From assembly GCA_050084985.1 (NCBI GenBank), contig JBITNC010000001.1:136772001-136836000 (forward strand): a DNA stretch of 64,000 bases, in the 5' to 3' direction. Below the pieces are notes generated by a model. The model searched no databases. It saw nothing but the letters and a program-made list of their open reading frames with translations, and was not told the DNA's origin. The DNA is from Nageia nagi. Its lineage: Eukaryota > Plantae > Pinophyta. How positions within the stretch are numbered: the stretch's first letter is position 1; each line of letters starts with the position of its first letter. Shown piece by piece: positions 27,156 through 40,385 of the stretch. The position numbers and the translations under genes were made by a program.

Positions 27156-30100
27156 TGGCTAATCCAGCTTAGAATATTTATCTAGCATGGGACAATGGGG
27201 TACCAATAGCCCTAGCTGTGTTGCATGACATCCTAGCAAATGTTTTCAAAACCCTTCTAGAGTTTGATGCAACTTTAGAAAAAATGGCTTATGAGCATTA
27301 TGTTGATGTAGCTAGCCTAGCTAAGATTCATAATATTCAACATGAAGATGTCATGATGAGTTTATTAGCTCAGTCTTTCAAAGGAAAGGTCCTAGATTAG
27401 TACAGGGGCCTTCCTAATAGATTTATAACCACTTGGGCTCAATTGGCAGAGCCCTTTATCTTGGAATTTAATGAATTAGGAGATCCTTTTTCTCTATTAA
27501 CATAGTTCACTTCAATCAAAAGATATGAGCAACAAAATATCCCTGATTTCAACATTAGATTCCAAAAAACTTGGATGAGAGTCCCAATGCCAGTCAGGCC
27601 TCAGCAATTTCAAGCCCTAATGTATTACTTAAGAGCCTTTCCTCTGGATCTCTCTTTGCAAATCCAAAATTCCAGAGTAAATACTTTCCCGAAGGTCCAT
27701 AGACAAGTAGTATATGCTGAAGCCTATCTTATTTCAATAGGAAAATTGCCAAGTCGCATGCTAATGCCTTATTTTCCAGTAACCACCCAAAAGCAAATTT
27801 TGAGACCTCAAGTAGTTAGTTTGGCTCCACCTCTAGCCAGTATTCCTGCCCCTATTCAATAGTGGCCATCAACCTTGCCAGTCCCTAGAGCTCCCTTAGC
27901 CTTACCAACCCCTTCTTAGCCTAATATGAATCAAGGGGTAGCTTCATCGATAGAGATTTAGGAACTGTAAAATTTGTGTAGGAATATGGAAAATCAAATT
28001 ACCATTCTAAGCAGGCAAAGTAATGTAAGAAGATATCCTTATCCTGCTATAGAAAAGGCTCAGCATGTGTTAAATGAGGATGTAGACCAAGCTTCCTCTT
28101 CTAGGTCAGCCACTGGTTTGTGTTTGGCCTGCAATGATGCTCATGAATAAACAACATGTCCTATTTACCAATACCAAGAGTATTTATCAAGAAGTGGGGG
28201 TATTCCTCCACTTGGTGTAGCTGGCAACATGAACCAAGATGTGAACCTGATGAATTTTGCACCAGTGGATATAGGAGTTTTTGCTATGGAAACAAGATCA
28301 GGGAAAAAACCCCTAGTCTCTAGTATTCTAGAAAGAAAAGTTGAATCCCAAAAGAGTTTCGGTTTAGTGATTCCTAAAAAGTAAGATGCAATTTTTGGTT
28401 CTAAGGAAAAGACCCTAGAAAAGGAAATAGTTTCCCAAAAATTCTCATTTCTGGAAACCAAACCGACACCTAAAGCCAGTGATCAAAATCTCCAGAAGTT
28501 AAGGTTCCATTCACTCACCAAGCATCAGAGAAAAGATGATACTCTATAGCTTTAGGAAAGATTTACTGACAAATTTAGAAATAAAATTGGTGAACCTTTG
28601 GCTATCCTAGAGTTCAAAATTATGGTGGAGCTAAAGAGAACTACAGCAAGAGTGTCCTTGTTTGAAGCTTTAAAAATTCTTGGGCAAATTGATTTACTGA
28701 AAACGTCTCTTATAGCATTGAATGAAGGAATGGAAAGAGTGCTTAATCTTTTTGAGACATTGAAATATCCAGGGATGGGAAAGAACAAACCTTCAACATT
28801 TTATATGACTCTAGAAATCAAGGATATGTACTTCATAATTGTCTGGTTGATGCTGGGGTAGCTACTATTGTGATGCCTAAAGCAGTGTGCGATGTGATGG
28901 GGTTGCCTATGATAAGAACATCCACCAGAGTACTACAACTAGATTCCACACCTGTCAAAATAGTAGGAGTGATCAAAGATATAGTCCTAAAAATACATAA
29001 GTTTCCCTCTATAATTATTACTTAAGAAGTTGTAGTTGTTGAGCTACCCCCTTTCTTTGGGCTATGTCTGTCTAGAGAATTTACAGCTAAAATAAGGGGT
29101 TATCTAGCAATGGAATACACCCATTATTTGATCCCTTGTGGAAATAAGAGGGTAAGATTGAATAATGAGGAAATTTTTGAGTTTCACATAGAGAAAAAGG
29201 AGGAGGTTTGTGCAATCTTTGGTGAATTAGAAGAATCAGAAGAATTGCTGGAAGAACTGCAAACTGAAGACCCTTGTAGTATGAGTATGCTCAACACTAT
29301 CTACGACCTAGAGCTTGGAAATTATTGTTTAGTAGAATCAGAATCTTTCATCCCAGAACTCATAAGGGAAGATTTCTAGAGAAATGAAATTTGGGAGATG
29401 TCTTTTGATGGGGCAAAATCCAAAAATGGATCCAGAGCTGGAATTATCCTGACCAACCCAACTGGTAAGGTACATAAATTTTCTTTTAGAATCACCTGGT
29501 TATGTTCCAATAATGCAGTAGAATATGAAGCTCTTTGACTTGGACTAGAACAAGCCATCAAAATGAAAATTTAGTGTTTAAAGATCGAAGGGGATTCAGA
29601 GTTGATCATGAAATAGGTGACAGGTAAATGTTCAGTCAAGCATCATTATTTGAAATTTTACAGGAATCAGGTTTGGGATCTATTTGAGCATTTCAAAGCA
29701 TTACATATTCAGTATATCCCAAGGAGATTCAACCAAGAAGCTGACACCTTAGCACAAATGGGAGCCAATTTTGATTTGACCAATGACTGGTTTCAGAGGA
29801 AGGGTGTTCAACTCATTTTCAGGCCATCAACTTTGGATAATGATTCCTTTTGGTAGGTGTTCCAGGATGAGGCTCAAATTAACCAATTTTTATTACAACA
29901 AACTGTATGTCATGCAGTAGGTGAAGAGGACTCCAAAGTTTTCCAGGACCAAGACATAATTTAGCTAAACAATAATAAAATCTCTAAGGATTTGATTCCA
30001 TTCAAAGGATTATTTGATAGGAGTGACCAAGTAAAAAGAAGAGGTATGAATATAAACCTAGATAACTATAAAGAACATGAAGTTTTTCCAAGTAAGTCAT

Positions 30101-32854
30101 TAAAAATTGGTATATCTAATACTCCAGAATAGATTCAGGAAATTGTACAATTATGCAAAACATATGTTGATGTTATTACTTAGTCTTATGATGATTTAAA
30201 GGTTTTTGATAGATTAGTGATATAGCATACAATTGAGTTGATAGATGATGCTAAACTAGTTAGACAAAAATAAAGACCAGTAAACCCTAAGATTGAAGTT
30301 GCCATGAAGCAGGAGGTTCTTAAATTGTACAAGGCTAGGATAATTTATCCCATCAAGCATTCCACTTGGGTAGCTAATCTTGTGCCTGTCCAGAAGAAAA
30401 ATGGTGATATAAGGTTATGTGTGGATTTTTGGGGCTTAAACAAAGTATCTTTGAAAGATCACTATCCCTTACTGCCAATGGAATAGATACTAAATACTAT
30501 AGCTGGTGCCAAAAAGTTCTCTTTGATAGATGGTTTCTTCGGGTACAATTAGGTTTGGGTCTGAAATGAAGATCAATTTAAAATAGCTTTTACAACTAAA
30601 TGGGGCACATTTGCTTTTCAGAGAATGCCTTTCGAACTATCTAATGTAGGAGTTACTTTCCAAAGAGCTATGGATCATTCCTTCAGAGAGTTAGTAAACA
30701 AGAGTGTATTGGTGTATCTTGATGATATTACTATTTTCTCACATGACAAAAATTTACATGTTCAACACCTGGAGCATGCCTTCATCAAATGTAAAAGGTA
30801 TGGCATATCTTTGAACCCTAAAAAGTCAATTTTTGCAGTAGATGAGGGAAAATTACTGGGTCATGTTATTTCAAAAGAAGGTTGGGCTATTGATTCGGAT
30901 AGGATTAAAGTGATAAATGACTTAGTTCTTCCATCCAATAAGAAGTCCCTACAATCCTTTCTTGGTCAGATTAATTTTGTCAGGAGATTCATTCAAGATT
31001 TCTCAAGTATTATCAAACCCATCACCTGGATGTTAAAAAAAGATACTCCTTTTGTGTGGACTAAAGAAGGTAAAGAAGCTTTTCAAAAAATCAAGGCGGT
31101 AATTACTAAAGCTCCTGTACTAAGAAACCCAGACTTTAGCAAAGAGTTTATTCTGTATGCTTATGGTTCTGATACCAATGTAGCAGTTGTCTTAACATAG
31201 AGGTATGAAAGAAATGAAGAATACCCTATTGCATTTTTCAGTCAAACCTTGAGTAATTGTGAGGAAAAGTACACATTTATTGAAATAAGTGTTGGCAATT
31301 CTTAAAGCTCTTAGTAAATTGAAGCATTATGTAGCTCAGAGTAAGGTTTTGATCCTAACCATTCATCCAAATGTTAGATCTTACATTATGCAGGGAGAAA
31401 TTGGGGAAGGAAGACCCAGTTAGATTTTGAAAATCCTCAAGTATGATGTAGAGATTTGACCTACCAAGCTCATAAAAGGAAGAGTGCTTTATCAGCAACT
31501 TGTGAAATCCATGCCATCAGATGAAGGGATGATATGTTTTATCGAACAAGAAACCCCAAAGCCAGGATATGAGAACACAATAGATGATTGGATGGATCAA
31601 TTAAGCAGATATTTTGAGTCTAGGAAGCTCCTTGTTAACATGAATACATCCCAAAGGAGGTAGTTCAGAATACACACTCAAAATTACACAGAGATAGATC
31701 AAGTACTGTATAGAAGGAATCATGATGGTGTTTTGTTGAGATGCATACCCATGATAAAGATAGCAAAGCTGATTGAAGAATTTCATTCTAGAATATCTGG
31801 AGGTCATTATTCAGGATACACAATGGTGAGTAAGATCATCCAAGCTGGATATTATTGGCCTACTATGTTTAAAGAAGCCTTTACAAAATCCCAGAGCTAT
31901 AAGAAATGTCAAAGATTTGTGGGAAGGAAGAGAAGTGCAACATTACCGTTAGAACCAATTCAAGCCAAAGAACCTTTTCAACAATGGGGGTTGGATTTTA
32001 TTGGAGTTATTAATCCCAATTCATCATTTGGGCATAAATTCATTCTCACTGCTATAGACGTTTTCACTAGATGGGTAGAAGCAGAGGTTGTAAAGGAAGC
32101 AAATTAGAAGACCATTCTAAAATTTATTGAGAAATTAATCACCGGGTATGGTATTCCCCAAATGATCATTTTAGATAATGGCTTAGCATTTGTGGGGGCA
32201 AAGGTTATTGATTTTGCCATGAGGTTTGGTATCTATTGGAAGATGTCTTCAAATTATTACCCTCAGGGTAATGGGTTGGCTGAGTCTACAAATAAGAATC
32301 TGATCTGAATTCTCAAAAGAATAGTGGAAGATAATCCCCAGACTTAGCATGAAAAGCTCAATTGGGCGTTGTGGGTAGACAAGATCACAGTTAAGCTAGC
32401 TATTAAGGCCAGCCTATATACATTAGTGTACGGTAAAAGGGCTATATTACCAAGTCATTTTGAGCTTCCAGCTTTGAAAATTTTATAGGAGTATGGGGAA
32501 GATTTTGAACCACTACAAGTCCACATGAACGCATTATTACACTTAGAAGAACTCCGAAATCAATCATATCAAAATTTGCAAAATAGAAATGAAATAGTTA
32601 AGAAATGGTTTGATAACTGAAAAGCCACTCTGAAAAATTTTAATGAGGGAGATCTGGTATTGAAATGGGATGAGGATAGAGCTAAGGTAGGGAAACATAA
32701 AAATTTTGAGTCCTTATGGTCTAGACCTTACATGATAGCCAGATGCATGGGAAAAAACTCATTTGAAATAGAAAAATTGAATGGGTGGTGGCTGCTGATC
32801 TTGGTAAATGGGCAGCATTTAAAGCATTATAAACCTGCATGTGCAGGAGATTGA
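27156..32854 (+). pseudogene. gag-pol of element C
   Basis: Gag HEDVMMSLLAQSFKG; protease HNCLVDAG (~28835); aRH WEMSFDGAKSKNG...NNAVEYEAL...IEGDSEL (29390-29850); RT WVANLVPVQKKNGDIRLCVDF and VLVYLDDIT; RH; integrase GGHYSG, GYYWPTM, QQWGLDFIG, NYYPQGNGLAES, LWSRPY. Confidence 0.96.
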
Positions 32855-33261
32855 TCGAAAGAAAGGATATGATTTTATACACATTGTAAATAGCGTGTTG
32901 TGTTCATTTATTTTAAGTAAGTGTGATTATTGTTTATCATTTAATAGCAATGAAATATTAATGGGAATAACATATTTGCGCTGATAAAATTGGAGTTTTT
33001 GAGAAAATTAGCAGTATCAAATCTCAAGATTTCCAAGAAAATCATGAAAGATCAGACCTATTATAAATGAAAGTACTGATGGAGTTATTTCACACAAGTA
33101 AAAGGTGGTGCATTAACCCTTGAAGTTGATTTTAAAAGGGCCAAAGGTGATTCATTTCAAATTCACCTAAACTTCAAATTCATGAGAGAGCTAAAGATCA
33201 AAAGGTAAGAAGCACAGAATATTGTTGATAGTGATCAGAGTAAGCAAAGTATTTCAAAATA

Positions 33262-36200
33262 TTGAGCATGGCCCCCCCTCAAACCAAAGTCATTAAAGGA
33301 GTTATTGATTCAATGGAGTTGCTACAAGACACCAAAATAATAGCTCAAAACAAAAATCCTAAGGGCACAGCTGAAGGAAAGTGCCCAAATTTTAGCTTTA
33401 ACCATGTTGCACATGCTCCCATGGGGTCGAGGTTAATGTATTTCATTCCCCATAGATGCCTTCTAGCCCCTAAGTTGGTAGATTTAGTAAAAAGGGGGTT
33501 TGATGCTACCTCGAGGACTATCAAAAATCCTCTTGGTAAAATTGTTCTCAGCCTAGATACCCCTTCAATTGTAAAAGCTTTCAACCCACCGCCACCTCAA
33601 TCCACTCCCATGGCAATGAATTGGGATACAAGGCCAAGTGCTAAATTGAAAACAAATCTTCTAGCTTGGCTAAACAAGAATGCAAAGGGTGCAATGAGTT
33701 TCAAAGAGGTCCCTCAGTCAGAAGTCTTGCTAGCCAATTTTAACACACATGCTCAGTTGTTACTATCCATGTTGTTAATTACTGTAGGAGAGCAATCTGA
33801 CAAATATATTTCTTTGAGCAAGCTAACCATAGCATATCTGATATCCCACCCAGATCCCTCATTATTTATAACTGGTTAGTTGCTATTTCAAATGGGATCT
33901 CTGAGCAATTACGAAGAATAAAGGAAGGTTCCCATTTTGCTTTTGTCTCATACCTAATTTGGTTATTCATTCATCAAAATTCTGATTATTTTTTTTAAAT
34001 GACCCTGAATAAGCAAAGTGAGGATGGGTCCCTCAAATCTATAGATAAATGGACTAAAGAGGTTAGAACGGGGAGCTGATTATTACAATTTTGTAGAGCA
34101 TTTTTTATTTCTAGCAATGAGTTTAATGGCTCTCACAATCCTAAGATTATCGGTAGCCTCCCAACTATACCTTAGGATGCCACATGGCGAGACAGGAGAT
34201 TAGTTTTTTACTGAGGAGGGGACTTTCATAAGGTTGTACAATTTTTTGGGGGCTCCATTTTTGCTACCTATTCATGTCATAGATTGGGTTTTTAGCATGG
34301 AGTTCACCAGGTAGATAGACTACATAGATGCTAAGTACGGGATAGCAACGAAGAAGAGGGTCACTTATAGCCTCCCACTTAGAGTCCATGATTTGGTGTT
34401 GCAGAGTAGGGGCAGAAGTGAGGGTCTAGAACAAAACCTTCTGGTGCTAAGACTTAAAAAAATAAACTAATTTTTGTTGTATGACCTAAAGGATATTTTT
34501 AGTAAGAAGTTGAGAAGCTAGCCTAATCCTTCGAGCTTCAAGGCATATATAAGGCCAGAGTTTGAGCAGTGGAGAAATATAGCAAGTGAATACCGGATGA
34601 TGCCCTGAAACTTGCTTTTAAAATATTTATTGCCTCCATGGATGAGATTTTATGAGAAGAAAGCCAATTTTAACCCTAAGATGAACTCCATATCAAAAGC
34701 ATCCTTGACTACCCTGAGGAGTCAGAATTGGAGTGAAGAGAAAATTGCAGCATTTGTATGATACAGAGTTGAGTCTGAAAATAAGCTTTCCCCTTTGGAG
34801 CCTAATTTGGATGACAAATTTGAGGAGATGTGGTAGATTGAGCATCCTATGGATGTCTCATCATATGATTCTTTAGCAAGTTTTGGTGGAGAGGAGCAGC
34901 AATAACAGTCAAAGGTAGCTCAAGCCCCTATCCTCGAAGAGCAAGTTAGTGAAGAAGCCAGAGAGACTGCTCTGAAGACTTCCTAAGAAGTGGGAAAAAA
35001 GTAGGGGAAAGTCTATACAACAAAGAGAAAGGCCACAAAAGCTCCTTAGTCACCAAAGAAAAGAAAGAGCTCCACTCCCATAGGTACGCTTTCTTCTCTT
35101 ATTCCTCCTCCTATCTCTATTATTTCTTCTGGTCTCTTGGCAATTATTCCACCTCCGGTAGTCACCCCCATTTCATCTTATTCACCTTCCATCGCTGTTT
35201 CTTCATCTCCACCATCACCAACCCTTCCACCAATTCCTAATTTGCCACCACCATTCACATGGTCTAAACCCACTTCCTTTTCATCAGTTCCCCTCATCAC
35301 TCCCCCCATCGATGTCATTTTCGTACCATCATCACCTCTATCATCCACTCCAAAGCTATCTATACTCGCACCCATCAGTAGCAATGTCTCTAGCCCTAGT
35401 CAAGCCAACCCTATTACACCAGTTTAGTATGTGGTACCCTCTTCCACACCAGAGCTAAGCATGGCCTCCCCATTCATCACAATATCTAGTTAGTAGGTGT
35501 CAATGAGTGGGATCATGGAGTAGTACAAGCAAGTGAAGTAGAATCAGGAAGCCTAGATGCAGAAGCAAATGCAAAAAATCTTAGCACGTGATAATCTGGT
35601 GAGGCTCTAGACATCTGTGGATGCAAAAAGTAGAGTTTTGGAGGTTGCTATTGTCCAAGATCCTCAAGAGGGGCAAAGCGATTTATCTGCAATGAACACC
35701 TGGGTAAGGATAGATACTAAGAGCATATCCCAGAGTGATAAGAATGAGCTATTACAAATAGTTATGGACTTAAATATTTCTAAACTGACCAAATTAGAGG
35801 TCAAATATAATAAGCTTCAGAAGGTAAATGAAGCAACAATTAAATTCTCAACAGCTAAAATTAAAAGCCATAGATAATAATATAGTTGCTCTCAGAGCAA
35901 GCTTAGCTGCTACCCTGATTGCAGATAGCCTAGCAAAGAAAGATGTTGTCATAGCATAGAAGGACATGGAAATTGCAACCAAAGTAGCTCAAGTAGCAGC
36001 AAGAGAGACAATAATTGGCAATTTAAATGCCAACATTGCATAGATGCAGTTGAATTTGAATGTTAATAAGGTTGATAGAAATTTTTTGATCAAAATAAAA
36101 GAAAAATTCTGGGAGCAATTATCCCAAGGATTAAACAATTGATTCAACTCAGAGATCACATTGATCTATGTTTTTCAAAGTTGAAGAAATTAGAGGCAAA

Positions 36201-36741
36201 TGTCAACCTCTATGAAAGTACTATTGACCCCATGGAGAAGTTAGCAAAGAGGGTAAATAAAAAGCTGGGTGAGATTTCCAACGAGAAGCTTCAAGCCCTA
36301 AATGTGGGAAATAGAGTTGAGTTAATCTCAATGATTGACTACCCAGTCCACGGGAAATGGGTGTGCCAAGAAATAAAAAATAATTTAATCAAGAAGTTGT
36401 AAGGGGTAGAAACCCAAAAAGCTAAGATAAGGGAATTATCTAAGGCTGGATTTCTAGGATTGTGGAAGGAGGATAGTTCACCCATCTCTGAGGCTGAATT
36501 TTTGAAACACATTCAGGAAGATAGTCAAAAGGCGGAGGATATAGATTTATTACTGACTTCTTTTGATGAGTCAAATTTGTTTGAATTTTTTGACCAATGT
36601 GCCAATAAAGGAGTGGTCCTGCAGCGGCTATTGCATAAATATGGGCAAATCTCCTATGAAATTTTGAACAACATAGCTCTAGCCCAATCAAGAATAAAAG
36701 ACTTCTCTGAAAGACATGAAAGTTGGGGTAAGGTTGTGTAA
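33262..36741 (+). pseudogene. Large sense-strand extra ORF of element C (~1150 codons, disrupted): globular N-terminal region, Pro/Ser-rich linker, coiled-coil C-terminus; function unknown
   Basis: ORF pieces 33262-33879, 35137-35427, 35617-35877, 36139-36402 and 36460-36741, joined by protein-like sequence such as TGD*FFTEEGTFIRLYNFLGAPFLLP. Confidence 0.75.
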
Positions 36742-36853
36742 TTTTTAGGGGTTCAGAGTTGAGATAACAAATTTCATTTTGGTATTATTTTTCAGACTGA
36801 GTTCAAAATTCCTCTTTGATAAAGGCAAAATTTTCCCCCAGAAGTCACCATAA

Positions 36854-37929
36854 TGTATATCTATACATAATAAATTCTTTAATAAAGCCCCAGTGTACTT
36901 TACTTTCAATCATGAGTTCATTTTAAGATCCCTGAGAGTTTTTTTGAAGCAAATAAAGCATGCCAAAGTGAAATGATGACATCACAGAAGAAAGGATAGT
37001 CACAGTTTTGGTAAAGACCGGGTTCCAAAGATGGTGAGGTCAGCAAGGGGTAATTGAAAAGCTAGATTCAGTGAATAAAGTGCATCAGAGTGAAATGATG
37101 ACATCACAAAAGAAAGGATAATAGTAGTTTTGGAAAAGACTAAGTTTTGAAGGAAGTGAGGTCAGCAAGAGATAATTGAAGAGCTGGAGTCCATAAATTA
37201 AGTGTTCCATAAGTAAAGTGTTCTAGAATAAAATGATGACATCATGGAGGAAAAGATAGTCACATTTTTGGCAAGAAATAGATCCTACAGGAGGTGATAC
37301 CTGTGAAAGGTAGAATCTTAGTTTTGAGAAGATGTTACCTTCCATGACCTTCTTAGTTTTGTAACATTTGGACAAGTGGCATATATAGATGATGATAGTT
37401 AGAATAAAGTGAAGAGAGTTCGAAAGCCCTAGTTTTGCTCTTTACATTTATTCTCTAATATTGACAATTTTTATCAGTAATATGATATCATCTTGACCTT
37501 TCTTGTCTAGCACTTGTAATTGTTACCCTTAATTAGGTTACATTGTGGTAGCTTGGCATATTTCCTAGATGATAATTAGAAGTTGTTAGCATAACTGTGT
37601 CTGCATACATGGTAGAGTAAAGTTGGGAAACTACTAGAGAGTGAGAGCTTGTACTATAGCTACTACACTAGATTCAGGCCAAGGTTTCACACCTTGTGAA
37701 AGCCCGTGCTAAACTAGTGATTCACCTTTATTTTCTCTCTTGTTACCCTAAGCCCTTTGCTTAAATTCTTCGCACTCTACTCCTTTTATTTTCTTTCCTG
37801 TTACTTCTCTTATACCCAATAGATAAGGAATCGACCTTCTTCGGAGATCAGACTATCACCATAGTTTCTTCTTGATTTACTTTGGCTGAGATTGTTCATG
37901 GTGCATATATTACACAATCCTAATCAACA
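36854..37929 (+). repeat. 3' LTR of element C (1076 bp)
   Basis: TG...CA termini; colinear with the 5' LTR. Confidence 0.95.
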
Positions 37930-38269
37930 CTTACCTTAGTGGATCACATCATTGAAAAGTTTAGAGTGAGACTATAGAGTTATATAATGAGGGAGAACTT
38001 CATGTTTATCCATTGAAGGGACATACCAATATTATTCTAGGATTGAGTGGCTATTTGAATTGGGTGACATTCACACCAACTATTAGAAACTCACCATGAG
38101 TTTTGAGATTGATGGGAAGACCTATACATTGCATGAGATTTAAGATGATTTTCCATAGGTGGATAACAAATGGCTAGAGGTGATTGAATGGTTCCAAAGG
38201 AAGGAGGAAGAAGAAAATGGGATCACATTGGATACAAAGGAGTTCAAGCATGAGGAAAGAAGTAATGAA

Positions 38270-38850
38270 GAGCTCCCATACCCCATGTTGCACATCAAGT
38301 AGATTGAATACCTTACATGGAGCTTGGAAGGTCTCTCACATACCATGTTGGAGCTTGGGGAGGTTAGATGGTGCACATTTAGATTGGAGGACCTCTTGCA
38401 TCTCACATTGGGCTTTGAGAAGGCGAGATATCTCATGTTGAGCCTTAAGGAGGATTACCACCTAATGTTGGACTTGAGGGATTTTCTACCCCTCATGTGG
38501 AATATTGGGAAGACTTGGAGCTAGACATTAGGCTTGGAGGAGCTATTGCATCCCATATAGGAATCAAGGACACATATACACATTGCATGGGAGATTGAAG
38601 GATTCTTGTGCATGATGGTGACCATGGATGAGTTTGTACACTTCATTATGGGATTGATGAGGCTTAAGCACCCAATAATTAGGTTTATGGAGTGTTTTCT
38701 TCCCATGTTGAGCTTGGGAAGGCATGGCAACTTACCATTAGGCTAGAAGGCAACTTAGCACCCCATGTTGAAGGATAGAAAAGTTTTGAACTTCACATTT
38801 GCAATTGGGAGAGTTTGGGACCCCAATTGAGCTTGGGGAAGGCCTAGCCT
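38270..38850 (+). repeat. Degenerate ~30 bp (10-codon) repeat tract in element B
   Basis: Recurring CCCCATGTTG(G)AGCTTGGG-like unit; translation GLSHTMLELG/EVRWCTFRLE/DLLHLTLGFE/KARYLMLSLK/EDYHLMLDLR/DFLPLMWNIG. Confidence 0.7.
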
Positions 38851-39189
38851 CAGGTAAAGAGCAAAGGATCCATCTATTTATACTCATATGTGATTTACTT
38901 GAGGTTTTACAAGTACATTATCTCAAAGACTTCCATATGCATATGCTCCCATGTAATATAGCACCTGATGAGGAGTGATAGAAACAATATATCAAGATTT
39001 TTGCATGCATTGGACACATGATGATGCAACTTCAATATTTCACATAGGGCCTTCTTCATGGAGGGGACATATTGAAGTTACATTCCACTATAGTAGATTG
39101 CAGTCAACAAGGTTGAAGGATTCTTGAAAGACAATATATTGTAACATTGTATGATTACTTGAGGGTAGGTAATATAAGATAAAAGGATT

Positions 39190-40380
39190 TGTGACATCCC
39201 TCTTGCATTATTGTACTTAGTTTTGGAATCCAACATATTCTACCTTTGTATTATATTTAATTATTTAATTATGCTTTTAAGTTAGTACTTGGGATAGAAG
39301 ACTTAATGGATCATTAGACCCCACTATGAGCCCCAAGTGGGACATCTACCTCCCAAGTGTATATTAGAGTATTTTAATGTACTTGGAGATCCTAATGCAT
39401 GATGGGAATCCTAAGATCTATTTAGTACTTAGTGGATAGATGAGCACTTAATGGCCCTAACAATGATATTGGGAGCACTTGTACATATGCTTTAGCCTTA
39501 GGGAGACTTATAGACCCTCATGTTTGCCTATGAAACCCACATTATCCCCCTAGATGCCCATGAATGCCTCCTAGACCTATGCATACTTTCTTAGACCCAC
39601 ATAGAGCATAAGGGAGGCTAAAATATCCATGTTGAGCCTGAATTGACTCCTAGGTTCCAACATTGGTGTATGAGGGATTGGGTGATGACATTGAGGTGAG
39701 ATCTAGATCCAAGAAAGCTATATTAGCTCTTAAATCCTTATTGATGTATATACATATTATTGATAATACACTTACCATATAGAGGATAGAATTCTTAGCA
39801 CAATGCTAAGCAAGATCCCTAGGTGCATCATCTAGGAGGATCAGTAGGTTGAGGGATCCTATTAATCTATGACTTTGGTGTAGCACCCTATCCCTTTCAA
39901 TGGTATTACAAGGTTAATATTCTACCTTTAGTGGTTTGTAGGGTTTAAGATGGCTCCTTCAGTGGAGAGGATTCAAATTTTGAGGGAGCAAGACTACCCC
40001 ACATATTATCCATCTATACAATAGTGAGCGACATACATTTTGCCCTATTTGGCTACTAGGAGGTCAACATCCAACCCTAGGGGCTTAATATTATATTATT
40101 TCTTATTGATTATTTTCTATATAGTAATTGGACATATGGATCTCAATATTTATCTTGTGTATGCTTTTATATTGCAACATTATGGTGTATTTCCTATTTC
40201 TTACATGTTATAGCTAGATGTTGGTATTGTGAGGTTATGCATATTGATATCTACTAGTTTTGGCCAAATGTTGGTATTATTGTATTATTGAGGATTAATT
40301 TGAATGCCCTAGGTTGGATGTTGGAGCATACTTATGTATATTTGATTAAATTGTACTAAAATTGTATTTAGGGTTTTGTA
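39190..40380 (+). repeat. 3' LTR of element B (~1191 bp)
   Basis: TGTGACATCC...TTTTGTA followed by TSD TTTTT. Confidence 0.93.
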
Positions 40381-40385
40381 TTTTT

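Larger units (their letters stand above)
25670..37929 (+). mobile_element. Element C: structurally complete Tat-clade Gypsy (12.3 kb; GAG-PROT-aRH-RT-RH-INT plus a large 3' extra ORF)
   Basis: LTRs 25670-26832 and 36854-37929; perfect TSD CTTAC (25665-25669, 37930-37934); inserted in the protease of element B. Confidence 0.96.
22648..40380 (+). mobile_element. Element B: non-autonomous Gypsy (chromovirus-like gag and protease; no RT, RH or INT)
   Basis: LTRs 22648-23833 and 39190-40380; TSD TTTTT, whose removal restores L1 frame KNSIYFFKHNFAIMGKEV; PBS TGATATCAAAGC (23835-23846, decayed iMet); gag HFEGDAIEWW; CFYCKK knuckle; protease C-terminus IILGIEWL (~38035). Confidence 0.92.

Noticed and set aside
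35137-35427. Extensin or proline-rich cell wall gene
   Set aside because: It is the low-complexity linker within the extra ORF of element C.
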